A stretch of DNA of 27,918 nt from the UHGV virus genome UHGV-0137059; one strand, given 5' to 3'. The notes under the pieces are model-generated. The model saw only the letters and a list, made by a program, of their open reading frames with translations, did not search any database and was not told the DNA's origin. This DNA comes from a virus. Of the stretch, positions 20,763-27,918 are shown piece after piece (the stretch's first letter is position 1; every line of letters starts with the position of its first letter). The position numbers and the translations under genes were made by a program.

Positions 20763-20812
20763 TCCCCACCTCAATCTCGATAACCAAAAAACAAACTATT
20801 TTCCGTTTAAAA

Positions 20813-20881
20813 ACAATGGAGTTTGTTTTTCACGCCCCTTTTTTACAATATTTCTTGTTTACAACATACAATCTTTCTTGT
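20813..20881. promoter_or_regulatory. Left operator with three 434-type sites (20813-20826, 20845-20858, 20868-20881) and pL reading rightward into N
   Basis: ACAATGGAGTTTGT, ACAATATTTCTTGT, ACAATCTTTCTTGT all fit ACAA(N6)TTGT. Confidence 0.75.
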
Positions 20882-20926
20882 AATTTTAAGCCATCAGCAG
20901 GACGCACTGACCACCATTGAAGGTGA

Positions 20927-20957
20927 TGCTCTTAAAAATTAAGCCCTGAAGAAGGGC
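20927..20957 (+). promoter_or_regulatory. nutL (boxA GCTCTTAAAAATTAA, boxB GCCCTGAAGAAGGGC)
   Basis: Matches recalled lambda nutL almost exactly; between pL and N. Confidence 0.85.
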
Positions 20958-21115
20958 AGCATTCAAAGCAGAAGGCTTTGGGGTGTGTGATACGAAACGA
21001 AGCATTGGCCGGAAGTGCGAATCCGGATTAGCTGCAAATGAGCCAATCGTGGGGTGTTTTCGTTCAGGACTACGACTCACACACACCACCAAAGCTAACT
21101 GACAAGAGAATCCAG

Positions 21116-21439
21116 ATGGATGCACAAACACGCCGCCGCGAACGTCGCGCAGAGAAACAGGCTCAATGGAAAGCAGCAAATCCCCTGTTGGTTGGGGTAA
21201 GCGCAAAACCAGTTAACCGCCCTATTCTCTCGCTGAATCGCAAACCGAAATCACGAGTAGAAAGCGCACTGAATCCGATAGACCTTACGGTGCTGGCTGA
21301 ATACCACGAACAGATTGAAAGCAACCTGCAACGTATTGAGCGCAAGAATCATCGAGTTTGGTATAGCAAGCCAAGTGAGTTCGGTATAACTTGTCAAGGA
21401 AGACAAAAGGTTAAAGGGAAATCCATTCCATTGGCATGA
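21116..21439 (+). CDS. N: Antitermination protein N (107 aa from ATG at 21116)
   Basis: MDAQTRRRERRAEKQAQWKAANPLLVGVSAKPVNRPILSLNRKPKSRVESALNPIDLTVLAEYH... matches recalled lambda N, including the arginine-rich motif. Confidence 0.95.
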   Translation: MDAQTRRRERRAEKQAQWKAANPLLVGVSAKPVNRPILSLNRKPKSRVESALNPIDLTVLAEYHEQIESNLQRIERKNHRVWYSKPSEFGITCQGRQKVKGKSIPLA

Positions 21440-21447
21440 GGTACGTA

Positions 21448-22317
21448 ATGAAGAAAATTGATTACAAGTCCATACCAAAACCAATAGACTCAGCATCAGA
21501 GCGAAAAAAACACAAAAAAGAGGCTGAAAAATTAGCAAATTATATCAGTTTTATTAGAAACAATGCTCACGGCGATGGCGACAGGAAGTTGCTTTCAGAT
21601 GCCCGGACCCAAGCGTTCAGCATACTTCGTAAGCAGATGCAATATCGTCTTCATCCAGGCTACATAATTGAAATTCGCCCGACTGAAAGACAATTGTTCT
21701 TATTAAACTCTGTCTTTGACTTTGTAAACGTAGTTGGAGATCTTATCGACAGGTCTGTAGATAAGGCTCCTGATACAAATAGTTTTCTTCTAACAAATAA
21801 AGAATACTTATATGGTAAATTTGGTATAAACGGATGGCAAAAATATGTACGATTCTTACGTGCATTCGTTGATGCGTATAAAAATTCCGACATGATTTAT
21901 ACATATTTGCCTGGTGGTAATAATTGTACGCTTTCGGCAGACAATAGAATATTCATACCTATACTTGGTCTTGGGCTGATTAATGCAGTAAATGAAAGAG
22001 ATGTTATAATTGTTAAGCAGTGGCGAAAGCATGAGGGATATAGATATCTGCCATGCTTTGATATATTAAAAATACAGAATAAATTCTATGTAAAAATTAA
22101 ATATAAAGAAGATGTTTTCTTCCTCAGAAAAAACAAAGATCTTTTACAAGAACTTTCTGGGACAATAGATGTCATCGTAGGTTCTAGGTTTATAAAAGAA
22201 CTGAAAGAAAGCAGGTCTTTCTCTCGTGTAGAGATAAGCGAGTCAGAGTTATGGGGTATATCAAATAATCCTGTAAACCACGCTCACCAACGAAATCCAA
22301 ACAAAAAGTGGTCATAA
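21448..22317 (+). CDS. Hypothetical protein (289 aa), strongly AT-rich cargo gene immediately downstream of N
   Basis: ATG at 21448 with GAGGT ribosome-binding site; base composition visibly much lower GC than flanking phage genes (long A/T runs, K/N/I/Y-rich product); no recognisable motif; followed directly by a terminator hairpin. Confidence 0.7.
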   Translation: MKKIDYKSIPKPIDSASERKKHKKEAEKLANYISFIRNNAHGDGDRKLLSDARTQAFSILRKQMQYRLHPGYIIEIRPTERQLFLLNSVFDFVNVVGDLIDRSVDKAPDTNSFLLTNKEYLYGKFGINGWQKYVRFLRAFVDAYKNSDMIYTYLPGGNNCTLSADNRIFIPILGLGLINAVNERDVIIVKQWRKHEGYRYLPCFDILKIQNKFYVKIKYKEDVFFLRKNKDLLQELSGTIDVIVGSRFIKELKESRSFSRVEISESELWGISNNPVNHAHQRNPNKKWS

Positions 22318-22340
22318 CCCGCTCAGGCGGGTTTCATTTT
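22318..22340 (+). terminator. Intrinsic terminator (tL-like) directly after the 289-aa ORF
   Basis: CCCGC-TCAG-GCGGG hairpin followed by TTTCATTTT. Confidence 0.6.
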
Positions 22341-22457
22341 CACGCAAACAACAGAATAAACACTGCACTGTGTATTCATTCCAACGAGTGAATACACGGA
22401 GCAATGTCGCTCGTAACTAAACAGGAGTCGACTTGTTCTGATTATTGGAAATCTTCT

Positions 22458-22487
22458 TTGCCCTCCAGTATGAGGGCAATTTTTTTG
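22458..22487 (+). terminator. Strong intrinsic terminator/attenuator hairpin immediately upstream of the coiled-coil gene ribosome-binding site
   Basis: 8-bp stem TTGCCCTC/GAGGGCAA with 6-nt loop followed by TTTTTTT, then GACGGAGG ribosome-binding site and ATG at 22499. Confidence 0.65.
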
Positions 22488-22498
22488 ACGGAGGATAT

Positions 22499-23467
22499 AT
22501 GAGTGAAGTAACAGATTTAGTTGTTATTGAAAAAGCAAATGCAATGACTGTATTTCAGTCTGCCGACCAGATTGAAGAAATCCTTCAAAAGGTTGAACGT
22601 GAAGTTATGTCCTTTGTGCCTGATATCACAACGGCAAAGGGCAGAAAGGAGATCGCTTCTCTGGCGTATAAAGTTGCGCAGACGAAAACATATCTCGATG
22701 GTCTTGGCAAAGACCTTGTTGCTGAACTGAAGGAAATTCCAAAGCTAATTGATGCCAACCGCAAGACAGTGCGCGATCGCCTTGATGAACTGAAAGCCAA
22801 GGCGCGCCAGCCTCTTACTGATTATGAGGAAGAACAGGCGCGGATTAAAGCCGAAGAAGAAGCTAAGGCAGCAGCTGAAGCTCTCGCAAAGCAAATTGAG
22901 TCTGACCATGAAATAGCGATTTTGATGGATCGCGAATTTGACCGCCAAAGAGAAGAGGCAAGACTCAAAGCGGAGCAGGAAAAGCGAGAGCATGAAGAAC
23001 GCTTAAAAAGAGAAGCTGAAGAGAAAGCCAGAGCAGAAGCCGAAGCAAAGGCAAAAGCCGAAATTGAAGCAGCAGCAAGGCGAGAAGCAGAAGCTAAGGC
23101 CGCAGCGGAACGTGCAGAGCGTGAACGCATTGAAGCCGAGCAACGAGCACAGCGCGACGCAAAAGAGGCAGCAGAACGAGCTGAAAGAGAAAAGCAGGCA
23201 GCAATTGAAGCAGAACGCAGAAAAGCACAGGAGGAGGCTGAACGAATCCGGCGCGAGGCTGAAGCAAAAGAGCAAGCCAGAATAGCAGAAGAAAAAAGAA
23301 TCAAGGAAGAAGAAGAGCGTAGAGCAAAGGATAAAGCTCACCGGAAAGAAGTAAATAACAAAATACTTGCTGACCTTATCAAGGTTGGCGCATCAGAAGA
23401 TGTTGCTAAAAATATCATAACAGCCATCGTAAAAGGCGAAGTATTCGCAACAAAAATAACCTACTAA
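22499..23467 (+). CDS. Hypothetical protein (322 aa) with long central E/R/K/A-rich single-helix or coiled-coil region
   Basis: ATG at 22499 with GGAGG ribosome-binding site; about 130-aa N-terminal domain, about 150 aa of charged repeats (AEAEAKAKAEIEAAARREAEAKAAAERAERERIEAEQ...), short C-terminal domain; not recognised. Confidence 0.7.
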   Translation: MSEVTDLVVIEKANAMTVFQSADQIEEILQKVEREVMSFVPDITTAKGRKEIASLAYKVAQTKTYLDGLGKDLVAELKEIPKLIDANRKTVRDRLDELKAKARQPLTDYEEEQARIKAEEEAKAAAEALAKQIESDHEIAILMDREFDRQREEARLKAEQEKREHEERLKREAEEKARAEAEAKAKAEIEAAARREAEAKAAAERAERERIEAEQRAQRDAKEAAERAEREKQAAIEAERRKAQEEAERIRREAEAKEQARIAEEKRIKEEEERRAKDKAHRKEVNNKILADLIKVGASEDVAKNIITAIVKGEVFATKITY

Positions 23468-23491
23468 TAAAACCAACATAAGGAACCACCC

Positions 23492-23623
23492 ATGATTTAC
23501 GCAATCGCGGGAGGCGCTCGCATGGGTGCCTTCCAACTAAATGAATCTTTACTTGAACGAATCACCCGTAAATTACGTGACGGATGGAAAAGAGTTGAGG
23601 TCTTATTATGCGCAATGAAATAG
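23492..23623 (+). CDS. cIII: cIII-like FtsH inhibitor (43 aa)
   Basis: Hand translation MIYAIAGGARMGAFQLNESLLERITRKLRDGWKRVEVLLCAMK; core ESLLERITRKLRDGWKR matches recalled lambda cIII; ribosome-binding site AAGGA. Confidence 0.75.
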   Translation: MIYAIAGGARMGAFQLNESLLERITRKLRDGWKRVEVLLCAMK

Positions 23624-23760
23624 CCATCAATCACCAGATGCTTCGTGCTGCACAGAACAAAGCAGTAATAGCCAGATTTATTGGTGATTCAAAAATGTGG
23701 CTTGAAGCAAATAAAGCGATGAAATCAGCTATCAACCTTCCGTGGTATCGCAGGAAATGA
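23608..23760 (+). CDS. kil: Kil-like host cell-division inhibitor (50 aa)
   Basis: Hand translation MRNEIAINHQMLRAAQNKAVIARFIGDSKMWLEANKAMKSAINLPWYRRK; IARFIGDSKM resembles lambda Kil; overlaps cIII 3' end as kil/cIII do in lambda. Confidence 0.6.
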   Translation: MRNEIAINHQMLRAAQNKAVIARFIGDSKMWLEANKAMKSAINLPWYRRK

Positions 23761-23927
23761 GTTTTACAGATAACTGGTCAGACGAAGAATTCATTCGTCA
23801 GATGAAAGAATTAATCGGTAACGAAGGAGATATTCATGTCACTTGCAACCACAGTGAAGGAGAGCAAGTTACAGAGACGCATGTACACGCAGCAGGCGTT
23901 AATGTATCGCCAGAAGGGAGATCGTGA
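23757..23927 (+). CDS. Small acidic hypothetical protein (56 aa), possibly an Arf-like accessory protein upstream of erf
   Basis: ATG at 23757 overlaps kil stop (ATGA); product MSFTDNWSDEEFIRQMKELIGNEGD...; identity uncertain. Confidence 0.45.
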   Translation: MSFTDNWSDEEFIRQMKELIGNEGDIHVTCNHSEGEQVTETHVHAAGVNVSPEGRS

Positions 23928-24016
23928 AGGAGTGCGGGTATGTCTTAATTTGTCCCGAGTCGAAGTATTAAATCAGCGTTACTTCCTTGGGCCATGTCCA
24001 TTCTGAGAACAATCAT

Positions 24017-24622
24017 ATGAGCAAAGAATTTTACGCAAGACTGGCAGCTATTCAGGAAAATCTGAACGCGCCCAAGAATCAGTACAACTCATTCGGTAAA
24101 TATAAATACAGAAGCTGCGAAGACATTCTTGAAGGCGTTAAGCCGTTACTGAATGGCCTGTTTTTATCAATCAGCGATGAAGTTGTGTTGATTGGTGATC
24201 GGTATTACGTGAAAGCCACGGCAACTATTACCGATGGCGAAAACAGTCATACGGCAACCGCCCTTGCACGAGAGGAAGAAAGCAAGAAAGGAATGGATTC
24301 TGCACAAGTTACTGGAGCTACAAGCTCTTATGCACGCAAGTATTGCCTCAATGGTTTGTTCGGCATAGATGATGCGAAAGATGCAGATACAGACGAGCAT
24401 AAACATCAGCAGAACGCAGCAGCAAAGCAATCAAAGCCATCACCTACACCTGAACAGGTTTTAAAGGCATTCACTGACGCAGCAATGCAGAAAAACACCG
24501 TGGAAGAGCTTAAACAGGCGTTCGCCAAAGCGTGGAAGATGCTCGAAGGCACACCGGAGCAGCACAAAGCGCAGGACGTTTACAACATCAGACGAGACGA
24601 ATTAGAAGGAGCGGCTGCTTAA
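24017..24622 (+). CDS. erf: Erf single-strand annealing recombinase (201 aa from ATG at 24017)
   Basis: MSKEFYARLAAIQENLNAPKNQYNSFGKYKYRSCEDILEGVKPLLNGLFLSISDEVVLIGDRYYVKATATITDGENSH... matches recalled P22 Erf. Confidence 0.9.
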   Translation: MSKEFYARLAAIQENLNAPKNQYNSFGKYKYRSCEDILEGVKPLLNGLFLSISDEVVLIGDRYYVKATATITDGENSHTATALAREEESKKGMDSAQVTGATSSYARKYCLNGLFGIDDAKDADTDEHKHQQNAAAKQSKPSPTPEQVLKAFTDAAMQKNTVEELKQAFAKAWKMLEGTPEQHKAQDVYNIRRDELEGAAA

Positions 24623-25005
24623 TGGCACATTCGATTACTGTAAGACTAAACAAACCCGCAAGAGAGTTTCAGGCCGGGGAAAATATCGGATTCAACATCC
24701 GTGCTGGCGTTCAGTATTACGATCGCCAGACAAAAAAGAAAGAATGGACAAACTACAGCGCCGTTGTATTTGCCAAGCCGGGAGCGCAAGCGGATTACTA
24801 CCGTAGTGTTCTTGTTGAAGGTGGCATTGTGGAAATTACCGGAGAAAACATCAGGGTTGATGTTTATCAGGGGCAAAATGGTCAATCAATCACTCTTGAA
24901 TTACTGAATGCAAAGATTGGATTTGCAGCTTCAGGAAATGGCCCGCAGCAGCAAAGTAGTAACCAGCAGAACACTCCTGTATACGACGATTCCATCCCAT
25001 TCTGA
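24622..25005 (+). CDS. SSB-like single-stranded DNA-binding protein (127 aa) with C-terminal acidic tip DDSIPF
   Basis: Start ATG overlaps erf stop (TAATG); OB-fold-like core, Gln/Gly-rich linker, C-terminus ...YDDSIPF like the E. coli SSB tail DDDIPF. Confidence 0.75.
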   Translation: MAHSITVRLNKPAREFQAGENIGFNIRAGVQYYDRQTKKKEWTNYSAVVFAKPGAQADYYRSVLVEGGIVEITGENIRVDVYQGQNGQSITLELLNAKIGFAASGNGPQQQSSNQQNTPVYDDSIPF

Positions 25006-25028
25006 TTCAGAAAAATAAGGATTTAATC

Positions 25029-25325
25029 ATGCCAGCGCCTCTGTATGGTGCGGATGACCCGCGCCGCTGTTCCGGCAATTCCGTATCGGAGGTGCTGGAA
25101 AATATCAAGAATAATCTCGACGCGTTTCTTGCTCTGCCACCAGAAACAAAAGAAGAACGGAAGTACCGACGCGATATACAACTCGCAGAAAAACAGGAAA
25201 AAGACCGAATAAACGAAACATCAATCCGACCATTCCGCAAAGCCACATATACCCACTTCCCTGAATATATCGACCCGCGCCTGCGTAATTACCGCTCACG
25301 CTATGGCGCTATCAGTAATGACTGA
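25029..25325 (+). CDS. abc2: Abc2 anti-RecBCD protein (98 aa)
   Basis: [22 protein letters not shown]...[11 protein letters not shown]...RYGAISND; length and termini match recalled P22 Abc2. Confidence 0.8.
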   Translation: MPAPLYGADDPRRCSGNSVSEVLENIKNNLDAFLALPPETKEERKYRRDIQLAEKQEKDRINETSIRPFRKATYTHFPEYIDPRLRNYRSRYGAISND

Positions 25326-25335
25326 GGAATTTACC

Positions 25336-25503
25336 ATGAGAGGACTTGCATACAATCCCGGCATTCTTCCGGCAGAAATGATTATTCGCCAACGCGTAAA
25401 GCCAATGCCATCGAGAGAGGAATTGCTTAAGAGAAATAGTTTCGGTTCTGTTAATGACAACAAATATCTGAATGCGATGTTGCGTAAAGGAGGCAAGCAG
25501 TGA
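25336..25503 (+). CDS. Small hypothetical protein (55 aa; alternative start 25318), possibly Abc1-like
   Basis: ATG at 25336 preceded by GAGGA ribosome-binding site; follows abc2 as abc1 does in P22; sequence not recognised. Confidence 0.4.
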   Translation: MRGLAYNPGILPAEMIIRQRVKPMPSREELLKRNSFGSVNDNKYLNAMLRKGGKQ

Positions 25504-25799
25504 GTGTATGTCTTATTGATAAACGTCGACGTGGGCAACAAATACCATCTGTTGGAATGCCGAATCACACATGGTTTTGCGTACTTGATATCGATGGTAT
25601 GGATGCGTTGGTTGACACTCGTCATTACTGCGATACCGCAACAGCTACTCCGGCGAAAGCAAAGAAAATGGCTGCTCTGATAGAAAACTGGACTCCACCT
25701 GATGGTTGGTGCAATGGGAATGATCGAGATTGGCATGAAAAAATGAAGGGCTATATCTGCGATTTTTTACGTAAATGCAACGGCTTCAGGGTGATGTGA
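25500..25799 (+). CDS. Hypothetical Cys/His-containing protein (99 aa), GTG start
   Basis: GTG at 25500 with strong AAGGAGG ribosome-binding site 7 nt upstream; GTGA overlap with upstream stop. Confidence 0.55.
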   Translation: MSVCLIDKRRRGQQIPSVGMPNHTWFCVLDIDGMDALVDTRHYCDTATATPAKAKKMAALIENWTPPDGWCNGNDRDWHEKMKGYICDFLRKCNGFRVM

Positions 25800-25800
25800 T

Positions 25801-26418
25801 ATGACCAAAATAAACTATCAGGCACTGCGTGAGGCGGCAGAACGTGCAATTCCGGCAATGGAATGCCTGTTAATGTTGCCAGTTGATGATGATCTGATAA
25901 GCGAACAGGAACTTAAAGATTACGGTGTGGATATTGATGCGCTCAACGCCTTCAAATTTCTGACCGGACCAGAAACCGTGCTGGCGCTGCTGGATGAACG
26001 GGAAAGAAACCAGCAATACATCAAACGCCGCGACCAGGAGAACGAGGATATTGCGCTAACAGTAGGGAAACTGCGTGTTGAGCTTGAAACAGCAAAATCA
26101 AAACTCAACGAGCAGCGTGAGTATTACGAAGGTGTTATCTCGGATGGGAGTAAGCGTATTGCTAAACTGGAAAGCAACGAAGTCCGTGAAGACGGAAACC
26201 AGTTTCTTGTTGTTCGCCATCCTGGGAAGACTCCTGTTATCAAGCACTGCACTGGTGACCTGGAAGAGTTTCTGCGGCAGTTAATCGAACAAGACCCGTT
26301 AGTAACTATCGACATCATTACGCATCGCTATTACGGGGTTGGAGGTCAATGGGTTCAGGATGCAGGTGAGTATCTGCATATGATGTCTGACGCTGGCATT
26401 CGCATCAAAGGAGAGTGA
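25801..26418 (+). CDS. Ead/Ea22-like early protein (205 aa)
   Basis: N-terminal KINYQALREAAE and internal LLDERERNQQYIKRRDQENEDIA resemble recalled Ea22-family proteins; coiled-coil middle. Confidence 0.65.
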   Translation: MTKINYQALREAAERAIPAMECLLMLPVDDDLISEQELKDYGVDIDALNAFKFLTGPETVLALLDERERNQQYIKRRDQENEDIALTVGKLRVELETAKSKLNEQREYYEGVISDGSKRIAKLESNEVREDGNQFLVVRHPGKTPVIKHCTGDLEEFLRQLIEQDPLVTIDIITHRYYGVGGQWVQDAGEYLHMMSDAGIRIKGE

Positions 26419-26419
26419 G

Positions 26420-26611
26420 ATGGACGGACAAATATCAATCGTTCGACCAGGAGCATGTGACGATCGCGAAATACGAATAATTATTCGTCTGGCAATGGGG
26501 AAAGCAATAACTGCTCTCATTACCCCAGAAAATTTCGCATTAGCTTTAACAGGAAAGTCAGACCTGCCAGTAGAGCTAAAGCTGCGAAATGTTGAGATTA
26601 AGGTGAAATAG
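26420..26611 (+). CDS. Small hypothetical protein (63 aa)
   Basis: ATG at 26420 with AAGGAGA ribosome-binding site. Confidence 0.5.
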   Translation: MDGQISIVRPGACDDREIRIIIRLAMGKAITALITPENFALALTGKSDLPVELKLRNVEIKVK

Positions 26612-26613
26612 CT

Positions 26614-27189
26614 ATGACCACTATTACCAAAGAACGTATCGAATTATTCATTAAAAATCCGCTTGATAACGGGCTTACCCGTGGCGAACAAATGGAAGTG
26701 GCACGGATTGCACTGGCATCACTGGGAGCAGAACCTGTAAGCCAAACTTACAACTTGCCAGAATTAATCGAAGGCATGGAGGTTTCCATTGATGTAAGCA
26801 CTTGTGATGCGGATTTAGGTAATCGCTATTTCGGTACCGTCACCGAGGCGTTAGAACTTGATACTGCCAAGAATGGTTACATCCTCCTGGTTCAGGACGC
26901 AGAGCCAAACTTCGATATAAATGGCAACTCTCCGGTAACTCCGGATGGTTGGGTTATAGTGCCGAAGAAACTAACCGCTGAGAACGGCGCTAAGGGTGTG
27001 CTATCCGGTGAATTTTCAGAAACTACGTTTATAAGCTGCCCGGAATGCTTTGGTGATGATGATTGCGAAACTTGTGACGGCAGCGGGAGAATCGAAATCA
27101 AGGTTCCAGTCAGTTGGACAACTATCAAAACTATTTGGGCTAAAGGGTGTGAGTACTTTTCAATAGTAGCACCGCAGCAAGATGGGTGA
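26614..27189 (+). CDS. Hypothetical protein (191 aa) with C-terminal DnaJ-type CxxCxG...CxxCxGxG zinc-finger motif
   Basis: CPECFGDDDCETCDGSGRIE near C-terminus; ribosome-binding site AAGGTGA. Confidence 0.6.
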   Translation: MTTITKERIELFIKNPLDNGLTRGEQMEVARIALASLGAEPVSQTYNLPELIEGMEVSIDVSTCDADLGNRYFGTVTEALELDTAKNGYILLVQDAEPNFDINGNSPVTPDGWVIVPKKLTAENGAKGVLSGEFSETTFISCPECFGDDDCETCDGSGRIEIKVPVSWTTIKTIWAKGCEYFSIVAPQQDG

Positions 27190-27316
27190 TGAAAACAAGT
27201 GTTTATAACTTAAAAGCATTAAAAAATCGCTTATAGATCAAAAGAAATCTACGTCAAATATTACTATATTTCAATGTGTTATAATTACCCCGTACATAAA
27301 ATGGGGGGGACACAAA

Positions 27317-27559
27317 ATGTTCAAACGCTGCATCACCAAGTGTGGAAGCACACCTGACATCCAAGCTTTTATTAATGAAGATGGTAAGCTTGTTGTTGAG
27401 AGGAGTGGTCCTTTTATTAGCAAACAACTTATCATTACCTCTCCAGCGGAGATGGCCGGGGAATGGATAGTTTCTGAACCAGAGGAGTTGCACATCCCGC
27501 TTCCTTATGGCCCTCAGGGACTGATTTATAACCGTTATGTTCAGAAGGAGGCGGGTTGA
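27317..27559 (+). CDS. Small hypothetical protein (80 aa) behind an AT-rich promoter-like region
   Basis: ATG at 27317 preceded by GGGGGGG ribosome-binding site and AT-rich sequence with TATAAT-like hexamers (27200-27300). Confidence 0.5.
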   Translation: MFKRCITKCGSTPDIQAFINEDGKLVVERSGPFISKQLIITSPAEMAGEWIVSEPEELHIPLPYGPQGLIYNRYVQKEAG

Positions 27560-27838
27560 CAATGTCAGGCATAACATCGCCGAGAAATCGAAAGAAAAAC
27601 AGAACAAGGTAAACGTTGACCTTGCAGCATCAGGCATGGAGTACAGAGAGCGCCTTAACATACCTGTTATCACTGAGCAGGTATCATGAGAGCAACCTGA
27701 GCACTCACGCGAGTATTTCATGGAGCGCATCAGATACTATCGCGAGCAGTCGTTAAACATGCCCAAGGGAAGCAACCCATGGTATATCGATATGGATGAA
27801 CAGAACGCCAAGAAGTAAACGCAATTTGAACGAATGCG

Positions 27839-27895
27839 AACCCGCCGAGTGCGGGTTTTCTTTTATCTGAACTCGCTACGGCGAGTTTTGTTTTA
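27839..27895 (+). terminator. Tandem rho-independent terminators
   Basis: CCCGC-CGAGT-GCGGG followed by TTTTCTTTTAT (27841-27866), then ACTCGC-TACG-GCGAGT followed by TTTGTTTTA (27871-27895); next ATG with GGAG ribosome-binding site at 27908. Confidence 0.65.
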
Positions 27896-27918
27896 TGGAG
27901 ATGATAAATGCACTTCCG

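Noticed and set aside
21038-21115. Upstream extension of the N ORF (133-aa version starting at 21038)
   Set aside because: The extension covers nutL-proximal leader sequence; lambda N begins at MDAQTRRRER (21116).
22445-22498. Upstream extension of the 322-aa ORF (340-aa version)
   Set aside because: The extension would span the terminator hairpin and has no ribosome-binding site; ATG at 22499 has GGAGG upstream.
22822-23341. Minus-strand ORFs of 160 aa (Ala/Ser-rich) and 112 aa (Phe/Cys/Leu-rich)
   Set aside because: Artefacts of the low-complexity GAA/GCA/AAG repeat DNA that encodes the E/R/K-rich helix on the plus strand.
27254-27730. 158-aa minus-strand ORF
   Set aside because: Antisense to the 80-aa plus-strand ORF, which has a strong ribosome-binding site; low-complexity product; kept only as a weak alternative.

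Overview
This window is the central part of a mosaic lambdoid prophage of an enterobacterial host, read in reverse orientation relative to the conventional lambda map. All calls rest on reading the supplied ORF track and sequence and on recalled family knowledge; no searches were run. From left to right: (1) the 3' end of an IS66-family insertion sequence (1-229) that interrupts a P22-like gene 7 (ejection protein), so the prophage is probably defective; (2) a P22-like morphogenesis module on the minus strand (gp14-like, tail needle gp26, gp10, gp4, coat, scaffold, portal, large and small terminase, orf80-like, KilA-N protein); (3) a lambda-type lysis cassette S-R-Rz/Rz1, late promoter pR' with tR' and antiterminator Q; (4) a nin region (NinH, RusA, DUF1364, Rha/KilAC antirepressor-like, NinF, a 133-aa unknown, orphan Dam-type N6-adenine methyltransferase, NinB) with a tR2-like terminator; (5) lambda replication genes ren, P and O with the iteron origin inside O, cII and oop; (6) a phage-434-type immunity region (cro, three OR operators, cI, three OL operators) flanked by lambda-type nutR and nutL; (7) a plus-strand pL operon with N, two unrecognised cargo genes (an AT-rich 289-aa ORF and a 322-aa E/R/K-rich coiled-coil protein) in the ral/sieB hotspot, then cIII, Kil, Erf, an SSB-like protein, Abc2, an Ea22-like protein and several small unknown ORFs. 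The best candidates for something undescribed are the two-gene cargo between N and cIII (21448-23467) and the secreted 134-aa protein translationally coupled to cI in the rex position (20358-20762). No tRNA, rRNA or CRISPR array was seen.
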